Assembly (NCBI RefSeq): GCF_000427095.1
Contig: NC_021487.1
Location: 1,358,924-1,390,923, forward strand
Length of the DNA: 32,000 bases
Reading direction: 5' to 3'
Origin: Chthonomonas calidirosea T49
GTDB lineage: Bacteria; Armatimonadota; Chthonomonadetes; Chthonomonadales; Chthonomonadaceae
This document shows, in pieces, positions 10,301-18,582 of this stretch. A program made the translations under genes and the position numbers. The notes below the pieces were generated by a model, which worked only from the letters and a program-made list of their open reading frames with translations, was not told the origin of the DNA and ran no database searches. The number at the start of each line of letters is the position of its first letter. Position 1 is the first letter of the stretch.

Positions 10301-10503
10301 GTGTTTGGTGATGCTTTCGCCTCCAGTAGCATAAGGGCGCGATCCGCCTGCACCTGGGTTGCTGTGATGAAAAGCGTGCGGGCCGGCTCGCTCCGATAAC
10401 GTCTTACAGCATAGAGCGTCTTACCGGCGCCAGCCGGCCCGAGAACTAACTCCAGAGAGGGCCTCCTTGAACTTCGCTCAGTCATTCTATATTGGTCTCT
10501 CAA
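7279..10503 (-). CDS. AddB-like / PD-(D/E)XK superfamily helicase-nuclease relative
   Basis: 1074 aa: N-terminal Walker A LELVLGPAGAGKTLYAVRRY, C-terminal GVVDRIDREANGDFVFLMDYTT, Fe-S-type cysteines CPFRHFLQY and HCRFCPYSDIC. The track start is TTG; ATG at 10485 (residue 7) is a likely alternative. Confidence 0.85.
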   Translation of the reverse strand: MRDQYRMTERSSRRPSLELVLGPAGAGKTLYAVRRYRSEPARTLFITATQVQADRALMLLEAKASPNTVMSLQEFIGRLMEGSGVEMVGRSFQRLLLQDIIERWLYQDDYLAPMRFYDGFLSAMLEQIREWKLSGLSPEDIQAMGPMAVEETGNPREADKFLELARLYGAYERFLKQHRRQDAEGMLLLAKERLQAGPVRWLESFDTLILDGFYSLYPAQSTLLTMLAERFTQMQFLVTLLYDPERPLLFASAEPTIRRLKADFQCRETFLNMAQPPLSVADVLALCLFHETRSKPLADANLEPILLFDAPDVYMEAEMVARAFQNLHDTGKYQWSDFAVVVRNVQAYAPTLVSVFERYGVPIGTFGGEPVAENPLIRSLITFLDIVRHDWPRDAVLTFFKSSYTQPSYEDVERLRLLANEKGIRQGKEEWAALLPDLAPSSAQLLDTMLNRSERLLQAQSVQHLAEEIEILFEDFGLKEAIELGEPLQQRRDQEACRVAMETLYSMADMMYLTDREQMPFGDFVERLISAWHNSTVVVGLGEDQVWISEPYDIHQRRPRVVAVMGLLERLFPRRLTENPFLPDAVRRRLYEQTGLYLAPREARVNEERLLFYLAVTAPSERLILSYPRSSGEADTLPSFYLEEVKQALESRPELLHVISRRLADVAPRSEDAGSWRERLLNLCVPLFDPAVSEERRAEVQTVVKRLCAENLSAVELLHAVAESRFLPPLPRVEEETTRTWIREKTRRCSLAELEVYALCPFRHFLQYRLQLRVNIQTSFAMLQAKLLRDVLYRAFSELSVADGQPLEEALLEKALKAELQNLVADISPHRKRLLWQGLMRLLKAIADKEQFYSRCLPLQPLYFRLAFGVPHANSAMYDPNSSAQPLIIPDPQGGEPLALYGVVDRIDREANGDFVFLMDYTTAPPPSLSDITSGKAIRWPLMMLALERLFGMKVGGLCIDFAAQNARTRLFRTSRVAFQRFKLIPEREKGDQVQPLNDEQYKAMQQAAIESAIHHANAMRQGYVAARPGTHCRFCPYSDICRTTPQGHDGEPLYRLAGASRADDGSTGEMDSA

Positions 10504-10506
10504 AAC

Positions 10507-10526
10507 GGGCGCAGCGCCCTGCGCCC
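10507..10526 (-). terminator. Terminator-like hairpin between endonuclease V and the AddB-like gene
   Basis: Minus strand: GGGCGCAG-GGCG-CTGCGCCC-GTTTTG, a perfect 8-bp GC-rich stem, 4-nt loop and short T run. Confidence 0.5.
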
Positions 10527-10620
10527 CACCATTGCACCTGTCCGGCTTGTGGGCACGGTGCGAAGTGGGCGTTTACCTATTCTACCTGCTTGCTTTTACA
10601 ACCTACTAAGATGGGGCTGT

Positions 10621-11334
10621 TTAGTCCAAAGGTATCTCACCCCGACGCAGGGCATTGACATAGAGATGCGCTTGCCGGGTAGGCTCGGGCAGGCGCGTGA
10701 GGCCTCTACATTGGAGCACAAGTCGTATGGCGCTCATAAGGTCTACCCGATGCCCCACCGATACATAGATCGGAGCGACATTCTGTTTTAGGCGAAGCGC
10801 TGCACCAACCACCTCACCGCGATCCACAACGGGTTGCCAAGCACCAACATCGTTTGGAACCGCTTCATGATGCCCCACAAGCAGACTCTTGGCCACCCCA
10901 ATACTCGGCATGTTCAATAGAAGCCCAAGATGGCAGGCGATTCCGAAACGGCGCGGATGGGCGAGACCTTGCCCGTCCGCAATGAGAACATCGGGATGGG
11001 TTGAGAGACGGGCCCAAGCCTCGAGCAAAGGAGGCGATTCTCGAAAAGAGAGAAGGCCGGGAATATAGGGAAACGAAGCAACCGTGCGAACCCCTACTCG
11101 CTCTTTCAGAGTGAGTTGAGGGCGTTCAAGTACCACAATGCCAGCAAAAACAGGCGCCTCCGCAGAGGCATGAGCAGAAAAAGAGATGTCACAGCCAGCC
11201 ACCAGCCTAACGTTCTCGACATCCAAAGGCTCCACGCGCACTTTTTCGGCTAACTTTTTCTGAAGTTGAACAGCCTCCTGAGGGGTTAGGTTCCAAGCAT
11301 GCTGGATCATCGGTATATTCTTCCTATGCTCCAT
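10621..11334 (-). CDS. nfi: Endonuclease V (deoxyinosine 3'-endonuclease)
   Basis: 237 aa with family motifs VAGCDISF, FPYIPGLLSFRESPPLLEAW, DVLIADGQGLAHPRRFGIACHLGLLLNMPSIGVAKSLL. Confidence 0.93.
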   Translation of the reverse strand: MEHRKNIPMIQHAWNLTPQEAVQLQKKLAEKVRVEPLDVENVRLVAGCDISFSAHASAEAPVFAGIVVLERPQLTLKERVGVRTVASFPYIPGLLSFRESPPLLEAWARLSTHPDVLIADGQGLAHPRRFGIACHLGLLLNMPSIGVAKSLLVGHHEAVPNDVGAWQPVVDRGEVVGAALRLKQNVAPIYVSVGHRVDLMSAIRLVLQCRGLTRLPEPTRQAHLYVNALRRGEIPLD

Positions 11335-11486
11335 TGTTTATCACAACAAGGTAGAATTCCTGCTGGAACGAAGCCCACCACAAAAGACCATCAAAGGCTT
11401 ATTTAGAAAATGTAGGCACGAGTTCAGTCTCGCAGACGCGCCAGAAACTAAAAACCAAAAACTAGAAACAAAACGAAAGGAACAAG

Positions 11487-12665
11487 ATGCACACATACGG
11501 TGTTGGAATCGTAGGATACGGGTTTATCGGAAAAGTACATACACATGCCTACTTGTCGTTGCCCCTGTTTTACGATCCGCTGCCGGCTAAATTGCGTTTA
11601 GTGGGAGTTTGTACGGCAACCGAGGAGAGCCGGAAAAAGGCGCAAGAGCAGGCCGGATTCCTGTTTGCGACAGGCGATTACCAGGCTTTGTTAGAGCGCA
11701 AGGATATTCAGATCATCAACGTCTGTGCTCCCAACGATCTCCACTATCCTATTTTACGGGACGCCCTAAAGGCAGGCAAACATATCTACTGCGACAAGCC
11801 GCTCGCCCTAACAAAAGAGGAGGCGGAAGAGATAGCCGCCTTAGCACGCACCGTTCCCACCGTGCAGCAGATGACCTTCAACTATCGTTTCGTGCCGGCG
11901 ATTCTACGGGCGCGCCAGCTCGCCGAATCGGGATTTTTAGGCGAACTGTTCAGTTTTCGTGCAGCTTATCTCCACGCAGGCTATATTGACCCCCGTCGCC
12001 CTTACACCTGGCGCATGGATAGAGCACGAAGCGGCGGAGGCGCTATCGCCGACCTAGGTGCACACATCTTTGACCTCGTCCGATTCTTAGTAGGGCCGCC
12101 GCTTCCGATAGGGCGTGCTGGAGAGTTTCAACGGGTTAGTGCCCGCCTTCAAACGGTGATCACAGAGAGACTGGATGTAAAGAGCGGTCAGATGCGCAAA
12201 GTAGATGTGGACGATATCGCGCTGGTGCAGGCTCAGTTGGTAGGAGGTGCTTATGGAAGTTTGGAGGCGTCTCGTTTGGCGACTGGAGCTCAGGATGAGA
12301 TTCGCTTAGAACTCCATGGAAGTCAGGGCGCTTTGCGCTTCAATTTGATGGACCCTAACTGGCTCGATGTCTACGATGCCACTCCGCCGGAAGAGGCGCT
12401 GGGAGGCAGGCGCGGTTTTCAGCGCATCGAATGCGTCTCGCGCTACCCTAAACCCTATGCCTTTGGCGTTACCAAGAACAGCGTCGGTTGGATACAGTTT
12501 CATATTCATAGCCTCTTTGACTTCATATCGAATGTCGCCCAGCACGAAGACGGGAAGGCCCCGTCACCACTATCTCCTACCTTCGAGGATGGCTTGGCAG
12601 CCCAGAAACTGATCACAGCCTGCCAAAATTCCGATGAACGCGGTGGCATATGGGTTACGATCTAA
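11487..12665 (+). CDS. Gfo/Idh/MocA-family NAD(P)-dependent oxidoreductase
   Basis: 392 aa: GVGIVGYGFIGKVHTHAYLSLP Rossmann start, NVCAPNDLHYPILRDALKAGKHIYCDKPLALTKEEAEE, GGGAIADLGAHIFDLVRFLVG. Confidence 0.95.
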   Translation: MHTYGVGIVGYGFIGKVHTHAYLSLPLFYDPLPAKLRLVGVCTATEESRKKAQEQAGFLFATGDYQALLERKDIQIINVCAPNDLHYPILRDALKAGKHIYCDKPLALTKEEAEEIAALARTVPTVQQMTFNYRFVPAILRARQLAESGFLGELFSFRAAYLHAGYIDPRRPYTWRMDRARSGGGAIADLGAHIFDLVRFLVGPPLPIGRAGEFQRVSARLQTVITERLDVKSGQMRKVDVDDIALVQAQLVGGAYGSLEASRLATGAQDEIRLELHGSQGALRFNLMDPNWLDVYDATPPEEALGGRRGFQRIECVSRYPKPYAFGVTKNSVGWIQFHIHSLFDFISNVAQHEDGKAPSPLSPTFEDGLAAQKLITACQNSDERGGIWVTI

Positions 12666-12723
12666 AAGTCTTCCCAAATGGAAGACCTCATTTGAAAGGA
12701 ACTTCCTCCAAAACATAGGCGTA

Positions 12724-12737
12724 TAGCTATATAGCTA
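12724..12737. promoter_or_regulatory. Perfect 14-bp palindrome TAGCTATATAGCTA; candidate ArsR-type operator
   Basis: Self-complementary sequence ending 23 nt before the likely ATG (12761) of the ArsR-family gene. Confidence 0.45.
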
Positions 12738-12754
12738 GTATCTATATAAGGAAA

Positions 12755-13075
12755 GTGGAGATGACACAGGCAGAAACGAAAGAAACCCTCATTGACCTAG
12801 AGACGCTTCAACGTGTGGCGCCGATCATTCGGAATGCTGCCCATCCACTGCGCCTCCGCATTCTCGACTATCTTCAACATGCCGGCGGAGAGCGCAACGT
12901 AAGCCAGATCGTGGAGGCGGCAGAGGCAGAACAGGCCGTTGTGAGCCAACAACTGCGAATCCTTAAAGACCAAGGCATTCTCAGCGCACGTCGAGAGGGC
13001 ACCAATGTCTACTATCGGATCGCCGATCCGAGCGTTTTGCTCTTGCTCGATTGTATCCGTCACCACAAAAAGTAG
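12755..13075 (+). CDS. ArsR/SmtB-type winged-helix transcriptional regulator
   Basis: 106 aa: AHPLRLRILDYLQHAGGERNVSQIVEAAEAEQAVVSQQLRILKDQGILSARREGTNVYYRIAD. Track start is GTG 12755; ATG 12761 is likely. Confidence 0.92.
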   Translation: MEMTQAETKETLIDLETLQRVAPIIRNAAHPLRLRILDYLQHAGGERNVSQIVEAAEAEQAVVSQQLRILKDQGILSARREGTNVYYRIADPSVLLLLDCIRHHKK

Positions 13076-13178
13076 CTATTCTACCTGCCCGCTCGCAAGT
13101 GGTATAAGAAGTAATTTTTTAGAGAAAAATTATATGAATATAGATATATATCAACTTATTGGTCATAGAGGTTCAAAA

Positions 13179-14726
13179 ATGAGGACACAACGGACGCGAC
13201 CCTGGCTTCGAAGCGCAACGCTCAACAGGAGAAAAGAAATTGGGCTTGTGGTTCTGCTCCCTATCATCGGTTTGGTAGGTATGGCTTTTTGGCACGGACA
13301 TATCTCCTCCGCCGAGGCTACTGCCTCACAAAGCCAACCTACAAGGAGCAATACAGCGATTACAGCCCCTGTGGAGAAGGTAGCCCTAACAACATTGCCA
13401 GACACGATAGAGGTAACAGGCAACATCAGCCCCATTGTTCAGACCGACATTGCGCCCAAGATAACAGCGCGCATCCTCTCGTTACCGGTACATGAAGGAA
13501 GCCATGTGACGACGGGCGAGGTGCTCGCGGTTCTGGATACCCGCGATCTCGATGCGAGTATCGCTCAAGCAGAAGCCGGTGTTCTCGCAGCGCAGGCAGC
13601 CTATCGAGGGGCGCAAATGGCGGAACAGATGGAAGGCAAAGTAGATAATGCCCAAATTGCGGCGGCACAGGCCCAGTTGCGCGAAGCCCAGGCCGCCTTA
13701 GCAGCAGCAAAAGCAAAGCAGCAGTTGGTAGATACAGGCCCACGCAAGCAGGAGCGTGCTCAGGCGGCTCTCGCAGTGGCACAAGCGAAAGCCCAACTCG
13801 TTCTTGCCGAACGTGACCTCCACCGCATGGCAGAGCTTTACAACGAAGGAGCTATCTCAGCTCAGCAGTACGATACTTATCAAAGCCGCTATGAGGTCGC
13901 CAAGGCACAGTATGAGAGCGCTCTGCAGCAACAGAGCCTCGTTAACGAAGGAAGCCGTTCTGAAGAGAAGCAGGCGGCGGCAGAGGCCGTACGTCAGGCG
14001 GAGTCCGCCGTTCGTCGGGCAGAAGCCGGCCTTCGTGAGGCCGAAGCGGCCGCAGCTAAAGCGCAGGTGAGGCACGAACAGACGCAAAACGCTCTTGCCA
14101 CTTTACAGCAGAGCCGAGTGGCGCTTCAGCTCGCCCGTATCACGCGCAGCTATGCAGTCCTACGCGCGCCTTTCGATGGCGTGATCACTCAGAAGCTAGC
14201 GGATGTCGGTGCCATGGCTATGCCCGGTGTCCCCATCCTTCGTGAAGAGGGCACACAGTATCGCTTAGAGCTGAACGTGCCGGAAAGTGCCCTGCCCGCC
14301 GTTAATGTAGGAAAGCCCTTGGAGGTGCAGATAGATGCCTTAGGGAATAGGCACCTCTTCGGCATCGTAACCGAGATCGCGCCCCAGGGTGACCCTAGCA
14401 GCCACACTTTTATCGTGAAAGTGTTGCTGCCTGCAGAGAGGGATGTTCGAACGGGCATGTTCGGTCGTGTGAAACTCCCCATCGGAGCCGAACGACGTCT
14501 GCTTGTACCTGCCAGCGCCGTTATGGAGCGTGAAGGACTGCACTACGTCTATGTCGTCGACTCGCAGAACGTGATCCATCTCCGACTGGTGACGCTAGGA
14601 TCTGCTTACGGAAAGAGCCTTGAGGTGCTTTCGGGACTTAATCCAGGAGAGCGCATTGTCGCTGATATCTCATCTCCAAAACTGCAGGATGGCATGCAAA
14701 TAAGACCTACAGAGGAGGGCAGGTAA
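13179..14726 (+). CDS. HlyD/AcrA-type periplasmic adaptor (membrane fusion protein) of RND efflux system
   Basis: TM anchor, [58 protein letters not shown], long coiled-coil, [27 protein letters not shown] at 13179 (AGAGG upstream) is preferred over the track start 13005, which overlaps the ArsR gene. Confidence 0.92.
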   Translation: MRTQRTRPWLRSATLNRRKEIGLVVLLPIIGLVGMAFWHGHISSAEATASQSQPTRSNTAITAPVEKVALTTLPDTIEVTGNISPIVQTDIAPKITARILSLPVHEGSHVTTGEVLAVLDTRDLDASIAQAEAGVLAAQAAYRGAQMAEQMEGKVDNAQIAAAQAQLREAQAALAAAKAKQQLVDTGPRKQERAQAALAVAQAKAQLVLAERDLHRMAELYNEGAISAQQYDTYQSRYEVAKAQYESALQQQSLVNEGSRSEEKQAAAEAVRQAESAVRRAEAGLREAEAAAAKAQVRHEQTQNALATLQQSRVALQLARITRSYAVLRAPFDGVITQKLADVGAMAMPGVPILREEGTQYRLELNVPESALPAVNVGKPLEVQIDALGNRHLFGIVTEIAPQGDPSSHTFIVKVLLPAERDVRTGMFGRVKLPIGAERRLLVPASAVMEREGLHYVYVVDSQNVIHLRLVTLGSAYGKSLEVLSGLNPGERIVADISSPKLQDGMQIRPTEEGR

Positions 14727-14730
14727 ACAA

Positions 14731-17700
14731 ATGGCCGATCATCATACCGAACATACCTACGAGCCCACAGGAGAGCCAAAAGGGGGACATACGCCGCATC
14801 ATTTGGGCAGATCGGCTCATTCGCATCTAGGGCTAGCTGGCAGGTTAGCTGCGGCTTTTGTCTCTTCCAAGCTGACGCCACTCATTATTCTAGCATCGTT
14901 GCTCTTAGGCCTCATCGCCGTAATTCGCACACCAAGAGAGGAGGAGCCTCAAATTCATGTTCCGATGATTGATGTGTTGGTTCAGATGCCAGGAGCAACG
15001 GCGAAAGAGGTCGAACAACGCGTCACAAACCCGTTGGAACGGGTGATTCACGATGTCCCCGGCGTAGAATACATCTATTCTACCTCAAGCCCAGGGCAGT
15101 CTTTGATCATCGTGCGTTTCTACGTGGGAGAGGATCCAGAACAGAGCCTTGTGCGTTTGGAGGAAAAGCTGCAAGCACATGAAGATAGTCTACCGCCCGG
15201 CGCGTCAAAGCCCATCTTAAAGATGCGCTCCATTGACGATGTACCCATTTTAGCGCTGACGCTACACGGTGCAAACTACAATTACTACACGCTTCGCCAG
15301 CTTGCCGAACGACTTCGGGATGCCATAAAGCAGGTGCCTGACGTCTCCAACGTAGACATCATCGGCGGAGAGCCACGCCAGGTAAGGGTTATTTTGAAGC
15401 CCGCGCGGCTAGCGGCCTACGGCCTGACTCCTCTTGATGTGGCTAGTGCGCTTGAAGGAGCCAACGCACAACAGCAATCCGGATCTTTTGACAAGAATAA
15501 CGCCCAAATATTGTTGCGAACAGGCAACTTCCTTCGCAACGCCGAAGATGTGCAGGACGTGGTAGTGCGTAGTGTTGGAGGGCGTCCCATCTTCGTGCGA
15601 GATGTAGCCCAAGTGGTCGAAGGGCCTGCGGAGCCGCAGAACTATGTCTTTTTCGGCTACGGGCCGGCCACAGGCAAGAAAACCACCCCTCTTCAAGAGG
15701 CCGTTACACTGGCCATATCAAAGCTGCCCGGTACCAACGCGGTAGATGTGGTAAGGCGGGTTATGAACAAAGTGAACACCCTAAAAGGGGTTATCGTGCC
15801 CTCTGACGTGCACATCACGGTTACACGCGACTATGGTGCTACAGCCAATGAGAAGGCGATGGAGCTTCTTTTTCACATGATGATCGCCGTGGTCTCAGTG
15901 ATGCTGTTGATAGCGTTGGCTTTGGGATGGCGCGAGTCGCTGATCGTTGGGATTGCCATTCCGGTAACGCTTGCTCTCACTCTGTTCATCTTCTACCTCT
16001 ATGGCTATACGTTGAACCGCATTACCCTATTTGCCCTGATCTTTTCGATCGGTATTCTTGTGGACGATGCCATTGTAGTGGTAGAAAACATGGTTCGGCA
16101 CTTTCGTATGGAGCAGGGCAAACCCTTCTCCTTAAGAGACGTGGCGATTCGTGCCGTAGATGAGGTTGGCAACCCAACCATTCTCGCTACGTTTGCCGTT
16201 ATTGCCGCCATTTTGCCGATGGCTTTCGTCCGCGGTCTCATGGGACCCTACATGCGCCCCATCCCGGTAGGGGCTTCGGCTGCCATGTTATTCTCACTTG
16301 CCGTGGCCTTTATCGTTACGCCATGGGCCACTAATGTTGTCCTCGGCAGACACCATCAGCATACTCAACCCACCACTCCGCCGAGCGACCACTCGGAAAA
16401 GGCACCGGATGATTGGACAACTCGGCTTTATCGGCGAGTGATGAAGCCGCTGATCCATTCACCGAAAGCACGTCGCCTCTTCTTTGGTGGCGTGATCATT
16501 CTATTACTCGGTGCGATGTCGCTTATCGCTCTGAAGCTGGTGGTGGTAAAGATGTTGCCTTTCGACAACAAGAACGAGTTCCAGTTGATTGTAGATATGC
16601 CGAATGGCACCACTCTGGAGCAGACAACGGCGGCTACAAAAGCACTAGCCGACTACATCGCTACCGTGCCGGAGGTGGCAAACTACGAACTGTACGTGGG
16701 CACCGCCAGTCCCTACAACTTCAACGGCCTTGTTCGACACTACTATCTGAGAAAAGCAGCCTACCAAGCCGATATCCAAGTGAATCTCGTAGATAAACAG
16801 CATCGAACGCTACAAAGCCATGATATAGTGAAACGCATTCGTCCCGCACTAGCCCGCATTGCAAAAGCATGGGGAGTGCGACTGAAGGTCGCCGAAGTTC
16901 CCCCTGGCCCACCCGTACTTGAAACCCTGGTGGCTGAGGTCTACGGCCCAACCGATGCCGCCCGGACGGCCGTGGCCCGAGAGGTGAAACGGGTGTTTGA
17001 ACAGACCCCGGATGTTACCGATGTGGACTGGTACCACGACGATGCACAACCAACCTATCAGATGGTGGTAGACCGACAGAAGGCGGCATTAGCCCATGTG
17101 GACGTGCAGACGGCCGTCAACGAATTGACAATGGCTCTGCATGGAGAGCCCGTTGGATTGGCACACGATCCGGAAGCCAGAGAGGATGTGCCCATCTGGC
17201 TGCAGCTGCCTCGTGCAGATCGGAGCGGCCTGAACCGCCTGCAAAATCTCTACGTTCCCACCCAGGACGGGCGCAGTGTGCCGCTGAGCGAGCTAGTGCG
17301 CACGGTGGAGGTACCTGCGGACGAGTCGATCTACCATAAAAACCTGCTACCTGTGGTCTATGTAACAGGCGATGTCACTGGACGACTGGAAAGCCCAGTT
17401 TATGCCATTTTGGCGATGAATAAAAAGTTGTCTCAACTGCGGATGCCTGACGGCACGCACCTCCACATACTCAGCATTCGACAGCCGAACAACACCAATC
17501 GTCTCTCTATGAAGTGGGACGGTGAATGGCAGATCACCTATGAGGTCTTTCGTGATCTTGGGCTTGCGTTTGCCGTTGTTTTAGTTCTCATCTACATTCT
17601 GATCGTGGGGTGGTTCCGATCTTTCATCACGCCTTTTGTCATCATGGCGCCGATACCCCTTACGCTTGTAGGCATCCTGCCGGCCCACGCGTTGCTTGGG

Positions 17701-18120
17701 GCGTTTTTCACGGCCACTTCCATGATCGGTTTCATCGCGGGTGCCGGTATCATCGTGCGCAACTCCATTATCCTAGTGGACTTCATTGAGTTACGTCTAC
17801 GCCAAGGCTTTCCCCTAGAAGAGGCCGTTATTGATGCTGGCGCCACCCGTTTTCGCCCGATGCTTCTAACAGCAGCAGCGGTTATCGTCGGCTCATTTGT
17901 CATCCTCTTCGATCCGATCTTTCAAGGGCTGGCCATCTCTCTCATGGCCGGCGAGATCGCTTCAACACTTCTCTCACGCTTGGCGGTTCCCGTGCTCTAT
18001 TACTTGGTACGTCGCCGAAATCGGGATTTAGACCGATTTGCTCCCTTCGGTCGGCCCGATCTCGAATCCGAAGGTGAGGCCGTAGAAGCCGCTTCACCTG
18101 CAGGAATTCATTCACTCTAA
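14731..18120 (+). CDS. RND efflux transporter permease (AcrB/HAE/HME-like)
   Basis: 1129 aa: [41 protein letters not shown]-type TM clusters, [59 protein letters not shown]. Confidence 0.96.
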   Translation: MADHHTEHTYEPTGEPKGGHTPHHLGRSAHSHLGLAGRLAAAFVSSKLTPLIILASLLLGLIAVIRTPREEEPQIHVPMIDVLVQMPGATAKEVEQRVTNPLERVIHDVPGVEYIYSTSSPGQSLIIVRFYVGEDPEQSLVRLEEKLQAHEDSLPPGASKPILKMRSIDDVPILALTLHGANYNYYTLRQLAERLRDAIKQVPDVSNVDIIGGEPRQVRVILKPARLAAYGLTPLDVASALEGANAQQQSGSFDKNNAQILLRTGNFLRNAEDVQDVVVRSVGGRPIFVRDVAQVVEGPAEPQNYVFFGYGPATGKKTTPLQEAVTLAISKLPGTNAVDVVRRVMNKVNTLKGVIVPSDVHITVTRDYGATANEKAMELLFHMMIAVVSVMLLIALALGWRESLIVGIAIPVTLALTLFIFYLYGYTLNRITLFALIFSIGILVDDAIVVVENMVRHFRMEQGKPFSLRDVAIRAVDEVGNPTILATFAVIAAILPMAFVRGLMGPYMRPIPVGASAAMLFSLAVAFIVTPWATNVVLGRHHQHTQPTTPPSDHSEKAPDDWTTRLYRRVMKPLIHSPKARRLFFGGVIILLLGAMSLIALKLVVVKMLPFDNKNEFQLIVDMPNGTTLEQTTAATKALADYIATVPEVANYELYVGTASPYNFNGLVRHYYLRKAAYQADIQVNLVDKQHRTLQSHDIVKRIRPALARIAKAWGVRLKVAEVPPGPPVLETLVAEVYGPTDAARTAVAREVKRVFEQTPDVTDVDWYHDDAQPTYQMVVDRQKAALAHVDVQTAVNELTMALHGEPVGLAHDPEAREDVPIWLQLPRADRSGLNRLQNLYVPTQDGRSVPLSELVRTVEVPADESIYHKNLLPVVYVTGDVTGRLESPVYAILAMNKKLSQLRMPDGTHLHILSIRQPNNTNRLSMKWDGEWQITYEVFRDLGLAFAVVLVLIYILIVGWFRSFITPFVIMAPIPLTLVGILPAHALLGAFFTATSMIGFIAGAGIIVRNSIILVDFIELRLRQGFPLEEAVIDAGATRFRPMLLTAAAVIVGSFVILFDPIFQGLAISLMAGEIASTLLSRLAVPVLYYLVRRRNRDLDRFAPFGRPDLESEGEAVEAASPAGIHSL

Positions 18121-18135
18121 TACAGAAGGAGAAAC

Positions 18136-18351
18136 GTGACGATGACTGTTGAACGATGGCTTCGCCTTATCGCAGGCACATTTGTAACACTAAGCGTCGC
18201 CTTGGGCTATTGGGTAAGCCCCTGGTTTTACGCCTTCACGGCGTTTGTAGGGCTTAATCTGCTCCAATCAGCCTTTACAAACTGGTGCCCCATGGTTTGG
18301 CTCTTACGGCGCCTTGGCGTACCACCTTGTGTGCCCTCCCAAAGCGACTAG
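18136..18351 (+). CDS. YgaP-like (DUF2892) small membrane protein
   Basis: 71 aa with two TM stretches: VERWLRLIAGTFVTLSVALGYWVSPWFYAFTAFVGLNLLQSAFTNWCPMVWLLRRLGV. Alternative ATG at 18142 with AAGGAG upstream. Confidence 0.8.
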   Translation: MTMTVERWLRLIAGTFVTLSVALGYWVSPWFYAFTAFVGLNLLQSAFTNWCPMVWLLRRLGVPPCVPSQSD

Positions 18352-18582
18352 ATTCGGGGTTCACTTCTCTTTTTAAGAAAGGATGTGGGGGGTTGTAAGG
18401 ATGACGTAGAACTGCTATTCTTACTTTGTGAGAAATGTCGGTTCTTAGGGAAAGATAGCCAGAAATTAAACGTCCCTCTCTTGCTAGATAACAAGTCAAG
18501 CAGGAATCGCGTTTTAAAAGATGAAGCTACTTATAACAGCTTTCGCGTGCAACGAGGCAAACGAAAGCGAGGAGAATGTGCG

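Noticed and set aside
12668-12686. Small hairpin GTCTTCC-CAAAT-GGAAGAC after the Gfo/Idh/MocA gene
   Set aside because: The stem is only 7 bp and has no T tract on the coding strand, so it is too weak to call a terminator.
13005-13178. Upstream N-terminal extension of the efflux adaptor
   Set aside because: It overlaps the ArsR C-terminus and encodes no sensible signal. ATG 13179 has AGAGG and starts the TM anchor region.
18385-18582. 66-residue N-terminal extension of the ligase
   Set aside because: Low-quality sequence (MGGCKDDVELLFLLCEK...). The start at 18583 has a strong GAGGAG and fits the family N-terminus better.
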